A DNA stretch of 64,000 bases from Macrostomum lignano. Its lineage: Eukaryota. Positions within the stretch are counted from its first letter, which is position 1. Each line of letters opens with the position of its first letter. The position numbers were made by a program, and so were the translations under genes. The stretch covers positions 62,001-126,000 of the forward strand of contig NIVC01000581.1 in the NCBI GenBank assembly GCA_002269645.1, written 5' to 3'. The notes beneath the pieces were generated by a model. It did not search any database. It was given only the letters and a program-made list of their open reading frames with translations, and was not told where the DNA came from. This document shows, one piece after another, positions 11,981-22,968 of this stretch.

Positions 11981-12195
11981 AATTTATAAACTATCCATAT
12001 TTGAATTCTAAAGAAATAATTATCCTTTGTTTTTTTCTTGTAGTACATTTTGCCACATTATAGATTGTAATGATCATGCAAAACATAGGCCCTATGCTAG
12101 AATGTAAAGTACCTAATCAGAATTTTATACAAAATATATGCTAGGCTTCTCATAGCCAATATAGTATATCTATAGAGACATGTGCTTGGGCATAC

Positions 12196-12339
12196 CCTAG
12201 GGATTCAACTAGCCATTTCTATTGGCAACACATACACGTAAGTTGCTATTGGACAGAATAGTAATCATGTGACTGCTCTTAGCAAATAGCGACTTACATG
12301 TATGTGTTACCAATAGAAATGGCCAAGTGATTCCCAAGG
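12196..12339. mobile_element. ~145 bp fold-back / MITE-like element
   Basis: gccatttctattggcaacacatacacgtaagttgctatt (from 12212) is the near-perfect reverse complement of the arm ending at 12323; weaker pairing extends to 12196/12339. Confidence 0.6.
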
Positions 12340-13633
12340 TTGTGTATGTATATATAGAAACATTATACTAAGTATATCCGAACTTCAATTGCCAAGCCAA
12401 CTTTAAGGGCCTATCCTAGAAATTTCTTATTTCCTATAAGATTTCCAATATAGTCAACTGCCTAGGGCCTATTTATAATGCAAAATCAATTTTTTAAGTT
12501 GAAAGAAAATTGCCAATTGTTGATTCATAATAAGCAATTAATTATTGACTAATAATAGCTAAATTGTGCAATTTGAACTACCAATAACAGCAGTATGAAC
12601 AAGCCTTTAAGTCATACATGCGCAACTGCTGGCCAACCTGGTCAATCTGGCCACCATAAATTGTGGTGGAACAGGGGTAAGTCGCAAAAATGCCTAGCCT
12701 AGAGAATATGGACGTAGTACTAATTAGATGACGAGGCATTTAGCCCTTATAGGACATTATAAAGCATTAGGGTTTCTTTTACAAGTAAGTCGCATTTTTG
12801 GTCAAAAAGTAAGTCGCATGGCCTGTGTAAATCAGGGGGGTTGTGCATGTATGCTTTAAGTTATGGGTATCATCTTTTTCTATTACTTTTGTATCATTGG
12901 TTTAAAACATTGTTCAGTCTAGCAAAAAATGAAAGGCAGTGACCCTTGTCTATTTTAACTTATTTTTGTCTAAATGCAAATTAGGAAAACATTTTACTAT
13001 CTAATAGAACTATATATAGATTCTATGGCCCAATCCTAATGAGTTCAAGCAAATAGATTTATCTCAAATAATATGCATAGTTTTATATATTTCAACTAAA
13101 TATTGATCCCTAAACTATATGTATAAGGAAGTTATAATAAGAGAAAATGTTAATAGCTAGAAATGAGAGCATATATTAAAAATGGTTTGCTACCAAGGCA
13201 TTTATTCATCTATTGTCCTATATGCCATGCTATACAATATTTAAATTTAAACTTGAATGATAAGTATAAAGCATAATTTGAAGTAACTTAAATTTTATTA
13301 CTTTAAGAATAGATAGAAACCTTGTATACCCACTGAATATTAATACCATTTCATATTTATTTAATCTTTATATTAGGCATTTTAAACCAGTTATCAAATC
13401 AGATAGACAATACTTTTGAGCAATATTAGTCTCTATGTTTCTTTCTATTAGAAAATTACACCAAGTTTAAGATTTATTAGCTAACAATTCTAATAGGTAT
13501 AATAATGCACACCTAGCCATTAATTAGTCAGGAGTAGTCAGTTAATATGTTCTCTAAAATTTCGGAATGAAATTTCCATCTTGAACTGAAAGTATGGATA
13601 GAACTGCATCTGACTGGTATAAATAACTGCAGC

Positions 13634-15496
13634 ATGGAGGACCCTGCCGGCTTTGTTACCATAGAAACTCCAAAGGCAGCTGTCGGCGACCTGGACTTCA
13701 CAGGCAACCAGCTGAGCCCACAGGCGCCGCTGGGCATCAAAGACGCGCTGTCCTGGCGCCGGCTGCAGCTGCGCCGGGCCAAGCTGAAGGCTGCCAGCCG
13801 GACTTCCGCCCTGCTGTCTGGCTTCGCCATCGTGGCCATGGTGGAGCTGGAGATCGGGCAGCGGCCCGTGCCCGACTGGCTGCTTGTGGCCTTCGCCTGT
13901 GCCGCCTCTCTGCTCATCGCTGTGCACATGCTGGCGCTCATGATCAGCACCTGCATCCTGCCCAACCTGGGGATCGCCACTCCTATGGATGCAAGGTGGG
14001 TCCGGGCAGGGTCAGATTTATAGCTCACTGGCTGCCCATCTCTCCTGCATTCACTGACTGCTGCTGCCCACCACCCCTGCATTCACTGACTGCTGCTGCC
14101 CACCTCCCCTGCATTCACTGACTGCTGCTGCCCACCTCCACTGCATTCACTGACTGCTGCTGCCCACCACCCCTGCATTCACTGACTGCTGCTGCCCACC
14201 TCCCCTGCATTCACTGACTGCTGCTGCCCACCACCCCTGCATTCACTGACTGCTGCTGCCCACCACCCCTGCATTCACTGACTGCTGCTGCCCACCTCCC
14301 CTGCATTCACTGACTGCTGCTGCCCACCACCCCTGCATTCACTGACTGCTGCTGCCCACCACCCCTGCATTCACTGACTGCTGCTGCCCACCTCCCTTGC
14401 ATTCACTGTCACTGACTGCTGCTGCCCACCTCCCCTGCATTCACTGACTGCTGCTGCCCACCACCCCTGCATTCACTGACTGCTGCTGCCCACCTCCCCT
14501 GCATTCACTGACTGCTGCTGCCCACCACCCATGCATTCACTGACTGCTGCTGCCCACCACCCCTGCATTCACTGACTGCTGCTGCCCACCTCCCTTGCAT
14601 TCACTGTCACTGACTGCTGCTGCCCACCTCCCCTGCATTCACTGACTGCTGCTGCCCACCCCTGCATTCACTGACTGCTGCTGCCCACCACCCCTGCATT
14701 CACTGACTGCTGCTGCCCACCTCCCCTGCATTCACTGACTGCTGCTGCCCACCTCCCCTGCATTCACTGACTGCTGCTGCCCACCCCTGCATTCACTGAC
14801 TGCTGCTGCCCACCACCCCTGCATTCACTGACTGCTGCTGCCCACCTCCCCTGCATTCACTGACTGCTGCTGCCCACCTCCCCTGCATTCACTGACTGCT
14901 GCTGCCCACCACCCCTGCATTCACTGACTGCTGCTGCCCACCTCCCTTGCATTCACTGTCACTGACTGCTGCTGCCCACCTCCCCTGCATTCACTGACTG
15001 CTGCTGCCCACCCCTGCATTCACTGACTGCTGCTGCCCACCTCCCCTGCATTCACTGACTGCTGCTGCCCACCCCTGCATTCACTGACTGCTGCTGCCCA
15101 CCTCTCAGTCACTCATTGGCTGCCTCTCTACTCAAGCTCGTATTTGCCCGCAGGTCGATCCGCGAGTCTCCGCACGACAAGATGCGGGTGTTCATAGAAA
15201 TTGCATGGGTATTCAGCACCGGCCTGGGCATACTACTGTTCCTAGTAGTAGTTGTTCTGCTTGCCTGGGTGAAATTCCTGACTGTGTCCCGTGGCGCAGC
15301 TATCGGTGCCACGGTCATCATCGCGCCCGTCGTGCTGCTGTTCCTGGTCTTCTCGCTGCTGTTCTACCGTCAGCTCACGCTGCACAAGTTCCAGCGCGCC
15401 ACCAAGCTGGTCCAACGGCTGCAGCGCGACCTGAAGGCGTTTGGCGACGACCCCGGGGTCGCTGAAGACGTTGACGACGTCGTTAAGGTGGTGTGA
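13634..15496 (+). CDS. ORAI: Orai (CRAC channel pore subunit) homolog, 2 exons: 13634-13995, 15154-15496
   Basis: [33 protein letters not shown] (TM1), [15 protein letters not shown] (TM2), [15 protein letters not shown]...WVKF (TM3), FYRQLTLHK (TM4/nexus). The GT..AG phase-2 intron joins both exons in frame. Confidence 0.95.
14045..15102. repeat. Intronic minisatellite, 32 bp unit (cccctgcattcactgactgctgctgcccacc[a/t]), ~33 copies, in the Orai intron
   Basis: Direct tandem repetition. Confidence 0.95.
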
Positions 15497-16094
15497 ATGC
15501 CTGCCGAAACTCACGTGATGACTGCGCGCATTTCGCTTCAGTTCTGTTTGAAAATAATCTGAATTCTCTGTGATGGCGCGTGGCAAAGGTGCGTGAGAGT
15601 AGTTATAGGAGGGCAGTACGAATGTGGACTCAGGCATGCAGGCGAAATGCTTGTGAGGTGTGCGTGTAGTCTGACAGTCGCATAATCAGTACATCAGTGA
15701 TTTTAGTTTCAGTTCTGTGTGAATTCCACTTACTGGACTGAATCTCTTTCATGTGTTTTCCAGTTCGCTGGTGTCCTGTGGATTCTCTGAAATATTGTAC
15801 AAATTTTGTATATTGCTGTGTTGCATTGCTGTGTCCACTGCGGTGAATACTGCTGCGTGTTTTTCATATTTGCGGTCGCATATAAAATGCAAGCATATAG
15901 ATTGATTCTTTGCTTATTTCGTCTTTGAGTTCCTCTGGTTTCTGAGTAACTGACTTCTGGCAGACTTTTCATTCCCACAATACAGAGAAAGTAAAGATTC
16001 TCCTGTTTTGAAACCACGTTTTGCAAGAAGCAATCGGTTGTTCTTTTGTAATTCATTGGTTACTGGTCAGTGGGCTGAAAGGTAAATAAGAGGA

Positions 16095-17150
16095 TAGTGG
16101 TGAATGGTCAGGAGAGTGATGGAGGTGATTTGTGAGGAGGGTGATAGAGGTAAGTTGTCAGGAGGGTGATGGAGGTGAATTGTCAGGGGTGGAGGTGCGT
16201 TGTCAGGACGGTGATGGAGGTGAATTGTCAGGGGTGGAGGTGCGTTGTCAGGAGGGTGCTGGAGGTGAGTTGTCAGCAGGGTGATGGAGGTGAGTTGTCA
16301 GGAGGGTGATGGAGGTGAGTTGTCAGGAGGGTGATGGAGGTGCGTTGTCAGGAGGGTGCTGGAGGCGCGTTGTCAGGAGGGTGATGGAGGTGCGTTGTCA
16401 GGAGGGTGATGGAGGTGCGTTGTCAGGAGGGTGATGGAGGTGAATTGTCAGGGGTGGAGGTGCGTTGTCAGGACGGTGATGGAGGTGAATTGTCAGGAGG
16501 GTGATGGAGGTGAGTTGTCAGGAGGGTGATGGAGGTGAGTTGTCAGGAGGGTGATGGAGGTGCGTTGTCAGGAGGGTGATGGAGGTGCGTTGTCAGGAGG
16601 GTGATGGAGGTGAATTGTCAGGGGTGGAGGTGCGTTGTCAGGACGGTGATGGAGGTGAATTGTCAGGGGTGGAGGTGCGTTGTCAGGAGGGTGCTGGAGG
16701 TGCGTTGTCAGGAGGGTGATGGAGGTGACTTGTTAGGGGGTGATGGAGGTGAGTTGTCAGGAGGGTGATGGAGGTGAATTGTCAGGGGTGGAGGTGCGTT
16801 GTCAGGACGGTGATGAAGGTGAATTGTTAGGGGGTGATGGAAGTGCGTTGTCAGGAGGGTGATGGAGGTGAATTGTCAGGGGGTGATGGAGGTGAATTGT
16901 CAGGAGGGTGATGGAGGTGAGTTGTCAGGAGGGTGCTGGAGGCGCGTTGTCAGGAGGGTGATGGAGGTGCGTTGTCAGGACGGTGATGGAGGTGAATTGT
17001 TAGGGGGTGATGGAGGTGCGTTGTCAGGAGGGTGATGGAGGTGAATTGTCAGGAGGATGATGGGGGTGGGTCTTCAGGGGGGTGATGGAGGTGAGTTGTC
17101 AGGAGGGCGATGGAGGTGAGTTGTCAGGAGGGCGATGGAGGGACAGGGTA
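16095..17150. repeat. G-rich minisatellite, ~25 bp unit (ggagggtgatggaggtgagttgtca), immediately upstream of SUZ12
   Basis: Direct tandem repetition with 21-25 bp variants. Confidence 0.95.
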
Positions 17151-17314
17151 AGGGGGCAAAGGGGAGGCAATGAGGCTGGCAGTTATGAGGGCTAGTATTG
17201 ATAAAAAGGATAGGGAACGTGCGCTGAGTATAATAAAGACCATGAGAGCAGGGCAAGGAATGAGAGAAGTAATTCTGAATAAGTTGATGTTTACTGCTGC
17301 GCCCAATTGCAGCC

Positions 17315-20300
17315 ATGGTGAAGGCCGGTCAGCAGCAGCGCCAATCAACTGGGCCGTCTGAGTCGTCAGGCTGTCTGCCCCGCGTGGCTTCGAGCACCTC
17401 GTTGAGCAGCCTGGCGTCCTCGGCCGGGGCTGGCGGCGGCAACGGCAAGGCGGCGACCTCTGTGGCAAAGCCGGAGCCGCCAACTGAGGAGGCCATGGCG
17501 CATGCAGCCTTCATCGGGGTGCTCTCGCCGCCCACTCACCTGTACCGCTACCTGGCCATGCGGCACCGGACGTCGCCAATATTTCTGACCCGCAGCCTGT
17601 CCTACATTGGCCGGCCAGTCGGCAGGTCCGGCAGCCGCAGCCTGGCCGAGTCCACCGCCGCCCTGGCCGGCCGGCCCGTGGCTGCCCCGCCAGAGCTGCC
17701 GGCGGAGACGCCAGCCTGGGATTTGCCGCGCAACGCCTCGCTGGAGCTGCGCTTTGCCGGCTTCTTCGACTCGAACCGGGAGAAGGAGTGGGTGACGGTG
17801 TCCGCCCGCCTGGACCTGGCTGTGGTGCACCGCTGCTACAACAGGCGCAAGTCCACCCGGTCCAGCGGGCAGCGCCACTTGGCCTGCCTGTCGCTGGAGT
17901 GCAACCCGTACTCCCGGACTCAGCGGCCGCACCGCAACGGCCACGGCAGCGCTGGCGCCGACTCGGAGCCGCCTGCCGACTTCACCGTGCTGAACAAAGA
18001 CCTGCGCGATCCGCAAGCCAACCGGATTGTGCAGAGCTACCTGCTGCTGCGGGTCAGCGCCATGGAGAAGAGGAACTACTCCAAGATGTACGACTCTCCC
18101 CCCGGGGCCAGGAAGTCGCACAAGAAGGACGTGACGGAGTACCCGGTGCAGTATTGCGCCGTGCTGCCGCTGTTTAACCACGGCCGGGCCCAGACCTGCA
18201 CCAGTAGCGGCACAGCCATCGACTGCCCGCTGCAGCTGTACACCGGCGAGTACGAATGCCGCCTGGAGTGCCTGGGCGCCGAGGAGCCCGCCGACCTGGT
18301 CAGCGCCTCCGCCCGGGTGCTGCAGGAGTGGCACGGCAGCCGCATCCGGCCGGCCTCGGCAGAGGCTAGCGAGTACGAGCGGTGGCCCGTGGTTCGATTC
18401 TCAGCTCGCTGGACCGGCGTGACCGGGGAGCCGGCGGGCGCGGAGGCTCTGCAGCAGCCGCCTCAAGCGGAGGCGCAGGCAAAGGAGGAGCAGCTGCAGC
18501 AGAAGTCGCGCAAGCGGCAGCACAGCGGCACCGCCAAACAGTCGGCCGGCAGCAAATCCGGCGCTGGAGGCGACTGGCGGGTCATTTATAATTTTTATCA
18601 CGCTGGGCGATGTCGCCAGTGCACTGAGGTTGGTGACGACCGCCGTGACCACGAGATGCTTTACCGAATCGGGTCTCCACTTCGCCACTAATATCCTTGG
18701 TGACTATTTCCACTCCTTGCCCCCGAATTCCCCCCACTCTTGCATCCGCGCCGGAATCCCCCCCCATTCTTGCATCCGCCCCGGAATTCCACCCATTCTT
18801 GCATCCGCCCCGGAATTCCCCCCATTCTTGCATCCGCCCCCGAATTCCACTCATTCTTGCATCCGCCCCGGAATTCCCCCCATTCTTGCATCCGCCCCCG
18901 AATTCCACTCATTCTTGCATCCGCCCCGGAATTCCCCCCATTCTTGCATCCGCCCCGAATTGCACTCATTCTTGCATCCGCCCCGAATTCCCCCCATTCT
19001 TGCATCCGCCCCGGAATTCCCCCATTCTTGCATCCGCCCCGAATTCCACTCATTCTTGCATCCGCCCCGGAATTCCCCCCATTCTTGCATCCGCCCCGGA
19101 ATTCCCCCGATTCTTGCATCCGCCCCGGAATTCCCCCCCCATTCTTGCTCTTGCATCCGCCCCGGAATTCCCCCCCCATTCTTGCATCCGCCCCGGAATC
19201 CCCCCCCCATTCTTGCATCCGCCCCGGAATTTCACCCATTCTTGCATCCGCCCCCGAATTCCCCCCATTCTTGCATCCGCCCCCGAATTCCACTCATTCT
19301 TGCATCCGCCCCGGAATTCCCCCCCCATTCTTGCATCCGCCCCGGAATTCCACCCATTCTTGCATCCGCCCCGGAATTCCCCCCCCCATTCTTGCATCCG
19401 CCCCGGAATTCCACCCATTCTTGCATCCGCCCCGGAATTCCCCCCCATTCTTGCATCCGCCCCCGAATTCCACCAATTCTTGCATCCTCCCGTGCAACAT
19501 ACCGGCCCTCAAAATCCATATTCGCCTTGCCAAATTTCCACATGCATCCGCACCCACGCGTCCTCCAGGTGGACGGCCTCCGCTGCCCCTGGTGCGACCT
19601 GGACTGTCGCCAGGCCAACGGCCTTCTGTGCCACCTGCGCGCCTGCCATTCGCGCCTGGCCTTCGCCAGCATCTCCGAGACCTCCGCCGTGAAGCGTCGC
19701 CGCCTCCTGCTGGAGGTCCGCATCAACTCCGACTACAACGGCGGCTATGAGGGCGACCCGGCCTGTCTGTTCCGTTCCACCGGATTCGAACCCACGCCCT
19801 TCCCGGCCCGCCGGCTGCCGTTCACCCACCTGATCCACTGGCGCGGGGCCGCCTGCTCCGCCCAGCAGACGCTGGTGGCGAACCCGCGCCCGCTCGTCAG
19901 CGGGCACACGCGGCAGTATTTCCACTCGCAGACCTGCGTGCCGCTGCTGCCCCAGGAGATCGATGCCGACTCCGAGGACGAGATCGCGCCGGACTGGCTG
20001 CGCCAGAAGTACTCTCGAAACCTGGAGGACTTTACGGATGTCAACGAAGGCGAGAAGGCCGTGATGATGGCTTGGAACCTGCACGTGATGACCTGGGAGG
20101 GCGGCCCCGTAACAGGGCAGCACCAACTGCCGCAGCTGTGCAGCACCTTCATCGACCGCTGCGCGCCCGACCTGCTGGCCCGCGGCCTGCGCGGCAACCT
20201 GCTGTTGCACCTGGCCAGCCTCACCGACTACGGCCTGGTGCGGCCCGACCTGCTCTATGAGCTGCTGCTGCGCGTCAATCAGCTCGCTGGTGACCAGCCC

Positions 20301-20324
20301 CAGCCCATGGCTGTGGATGCCTGA
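17315..20324 (+). CDS. SUZ12: Polycomb protein SUZ12 homolog (PRC2), 2 exons: 17315-18628, 19569-20324 (~689 aa)
   Basis: HAAFIGVLSPPTHLYRYLAMRHRTSPIFLTRSLSY (N-terminal conserved box), C2H2 finger CPWCDLDCRQANGLLCHLRACH, VEFS box GHTRQYFHS...DSEDE...WL...DFTDVNEGEK...WN. The phase-0 GT..AG intron joins RQCTE|VDGLRCPWC, matching SUZ12 RQQTEAREDLHCPWC. Confidence 0.95.
18718..19488. repeat. Intronic minisatellite, ~28-31 bp unit (cattcttgcatccgccccggaattccccc), in the SUZ12 intron
   Basis: Direct tandem repetition; explains the overlapping repetitive ORFs from 18630 to 19750. Confidence 0.95.
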
Positions 20325-20934
20325 CCTCAGTGCCATCGGGCAGGTCGGAGCAGCATCAGTGCCGATTCCTCGCATCTTGCTGCCTGGCTCAAGCTTGACT
20401 GTCTTGACTGCTCACCCTGCCACTCAGGCTGTACCTGATCGCAGCAGTTACTCTTCATTTCACTGTTCCTGTGCTTGCATTTTAATTCCCTAACTTTTTC
20501 AGCTATAACAATTGTACTAATAAACCTCCTCAACTAAAAATTTTGCTTATGCGTTTGTCTTGTAAAACTGTGTTCGTTGTCTTTAATTGTAGTCATATGC
20601 CTTAATCTTCTTCAGCTTTTCAATTATCGTGAAATCTTACAATTTGACTGCCGCTGTATCCTTGCTGTCTCGCCGCCATGTGCTGCCTGTCTCTGATTGG
20701 CAGCCAACGGTTTTCGATCCGTGCTGGTTCGATCAATTCGGTGGCAAATATTATCAACATTTGCTGTTCCCTGTCTGACTGATAATATACTAGCTGTGCT
20801 ATAATAATGCTTTACTACCCACGTATTCACTGGACTGTCTGTCTTGTTGATCTCCACTTGTTCAGGCCTCTGCTAAGGAATTTGTATCAGTATGTACTGA
20901 TTTTACTGCTCCGGATTTTTGTTGAATAGCAGTT

Positions 20935-22040
20935 GACACACCTAATCTCCACTCAGTCACACAGATGGGTCAGGTGCAGCTGACACCCCAATCTCCACTC
21001 AGTCACACAAATGGGTCAGGTGCAGCTGACACCCCCAATCTCCACTCAGTCACAGATGGGTCAGGTGCAGCTGACATCCCAATCTCCACTCAGTCACAGA
21101 TGGGTCAGGTGCAGCTGACACCCCAATCTCCACTCAGTCACACAAATGGGTCAGGTGCAGCTGACACCCCAATCTCCACTCAGTCACACAGATGGGTCAG
21201 GTGCAGCTGACACCCCAATCTCCACTCAGTCACACAGATGGGTCAGGTGCAGCTGACACCCCAATCTCCACTCAGTCACACAGATGGGTCAGGTGCAGCT
21301 GACACCCCAATCTCCACTCAGTCACACAGATGGGTCAGGTGCAGCTGACATCCCAATCTCCACTCAGTCACAGATGGGTCAGGTGCAGCTGACACCCCAA
21401 TCTCCACTCAGTCACACAGATGGGTCAGGTGCAGCTGACACCCCAATCTCCACTCAGTCACACAGATGGGTCAGGTGCAGCTGACACCCCAATCTCCACT
21501 CAGTCACACAGAGGGGTCAGGTGCAGCTGACACCCCAATCTCCACTCAGTCACACAGAGGGTTCAGGTGCAGCTGACACCCCAATCTCCACTCAGTCACA
21601 CAGAGGGGTCAGGTGCAGCTGACACCCCAATCTCCACTCAGTCACACAGAGGGGTCAGGTGCAGCTGACACCCCAATCTCCACTCAGTCACACAGAGGGT
21701 TCAGGTGCAGCTGACACCCCAATCTCCACTCAGTCACACAGAGGGGTCAGGTGCAGCTGACACCCCAATCTCCACTCAGTCACACAGATGGGTCAGGTGC
21801 AGCTGACACCCCAATCTCCACTCAGTCACACAGATGGGTCAGGTGCAGCTGACACCCCAATCTCCACTCAGTCACACAGATGGGTCAGGTGCAGCTGACA
21901 CCCCAATCTCCACTCAGTCACACAGATGGGTCAGGTGCAGCTGACACCCCAATCTCCACTCAGTCACAGATGGGTCAGGTGCAGCTGACACCCCGAAATG
22001 TCCACTCAGTCACACAGATGAGTCAGGTGCAGCTGACAAT
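20935..22040. repeat. Intergenic minisatellite, 46 bp unit (gggtcaggtgcagctgacaccccaatctccactcagtcacacagat)
   Basis: Direct tandem repetition between SUZ12 and SCO. Confidence 0.95.
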
Positions 22041-22107
22041 GATCAGTCACAGCTAGGTTGGTCAGAGCAATCCTGTTACTTTTCACCCGCGCCGCACTAC
22101 AGCTCCC

Positions 22108-22187
22108 ATGTCGAGTCTCCTTTGGCAAGCTGTGTCAGCGCGCAGCCTTCGGTGCCTGTGCCGCTGTCCCCCAGCCCGGCTGATGTC

Positions 22188-22220
<33 letters not shown>

Positions 22221-22968
22221 TCATGAGCAGTACAAGCATTCGCAGCAGCAACAACAGCAGGAGGAGGATGCGAAACGCAGGAAGAAGCTGGCCGTGTTGT
22301 CCTGCGCCCTGACCACCACGGTATTCGCTGGTTTCTACGTGTGGAAAGAGTCCCGCCTGCGCCAGCTGGAGGCCCAGGTGACGCAGGGTCGCGTCGGCTC
22401 CGAGTCCTCTTTCGGTTCCTCGTCGGTTGGCCGCGGCGGTGGTCAGTCCGACGGCGCGCTAGCAGTCGGTGGTGACTTCCGCCTGCTCGACCAGCGGGGC
22501 CGCTACGTGTCCCGGGCGGAGCTGTCCGGCAACAGCGGCTGGTTATTGCTGTACTTCGGCTTCTGCCACTGCCCGGACATCTGTCCCGAGCAGATGGAGA
22601 AGATGGCCGAGGTTGTGGAGCGGTTGCGGCTGGCCAAGGACCCGCTCCGGATCACCCCGGTATTCGTGAGCATCGACCCGGAGCGCGACACGCCAGCCCT
22701 GGTCAAGGAGTACATCGCTGATTTCAGCGACAAGTTCATCGGCCTCACCGGCACCAAGGCCGAGGTTGACGAAGTAGCCAAGAAGTACAGAGTGTACTAC
22801 AGCAAGGGCCCAGTTGACCAGGACGGGGACTACATAGTGGACCACGCGATCATCATGTACCTGGTGAGCCCGGACGGTAGCGTAGTGGATTACTACGGCC
22901 AGACCAAGACTCCGCGCGAGATTGCGGGCTGCATCGCCAAAGTTGTCAAAAGTCATCGTGCGGCGTGA
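22108..22968 (+). CDS. SCO1: SCO1/SCO2 mitochondrial copper chaperone for cytochrome c oxidase, single exon, 286 aa
   Basis: Targeting-peptide-like N-terminus, polyQ, TM segment, GGDFRLLDQ, LYFGFCHCPDICP (CxxxC), FVSIDPERDT, YRVYYS, YIVDH. Confidence 0.95.

Noticed and set aside
18629-19568. Multiple 120-340 aa repetitive ORFs on both strands
   Set aside because: All lie in the SUZ12 intron minisatellite; removing the intron restores the conserved SUZ12 junction
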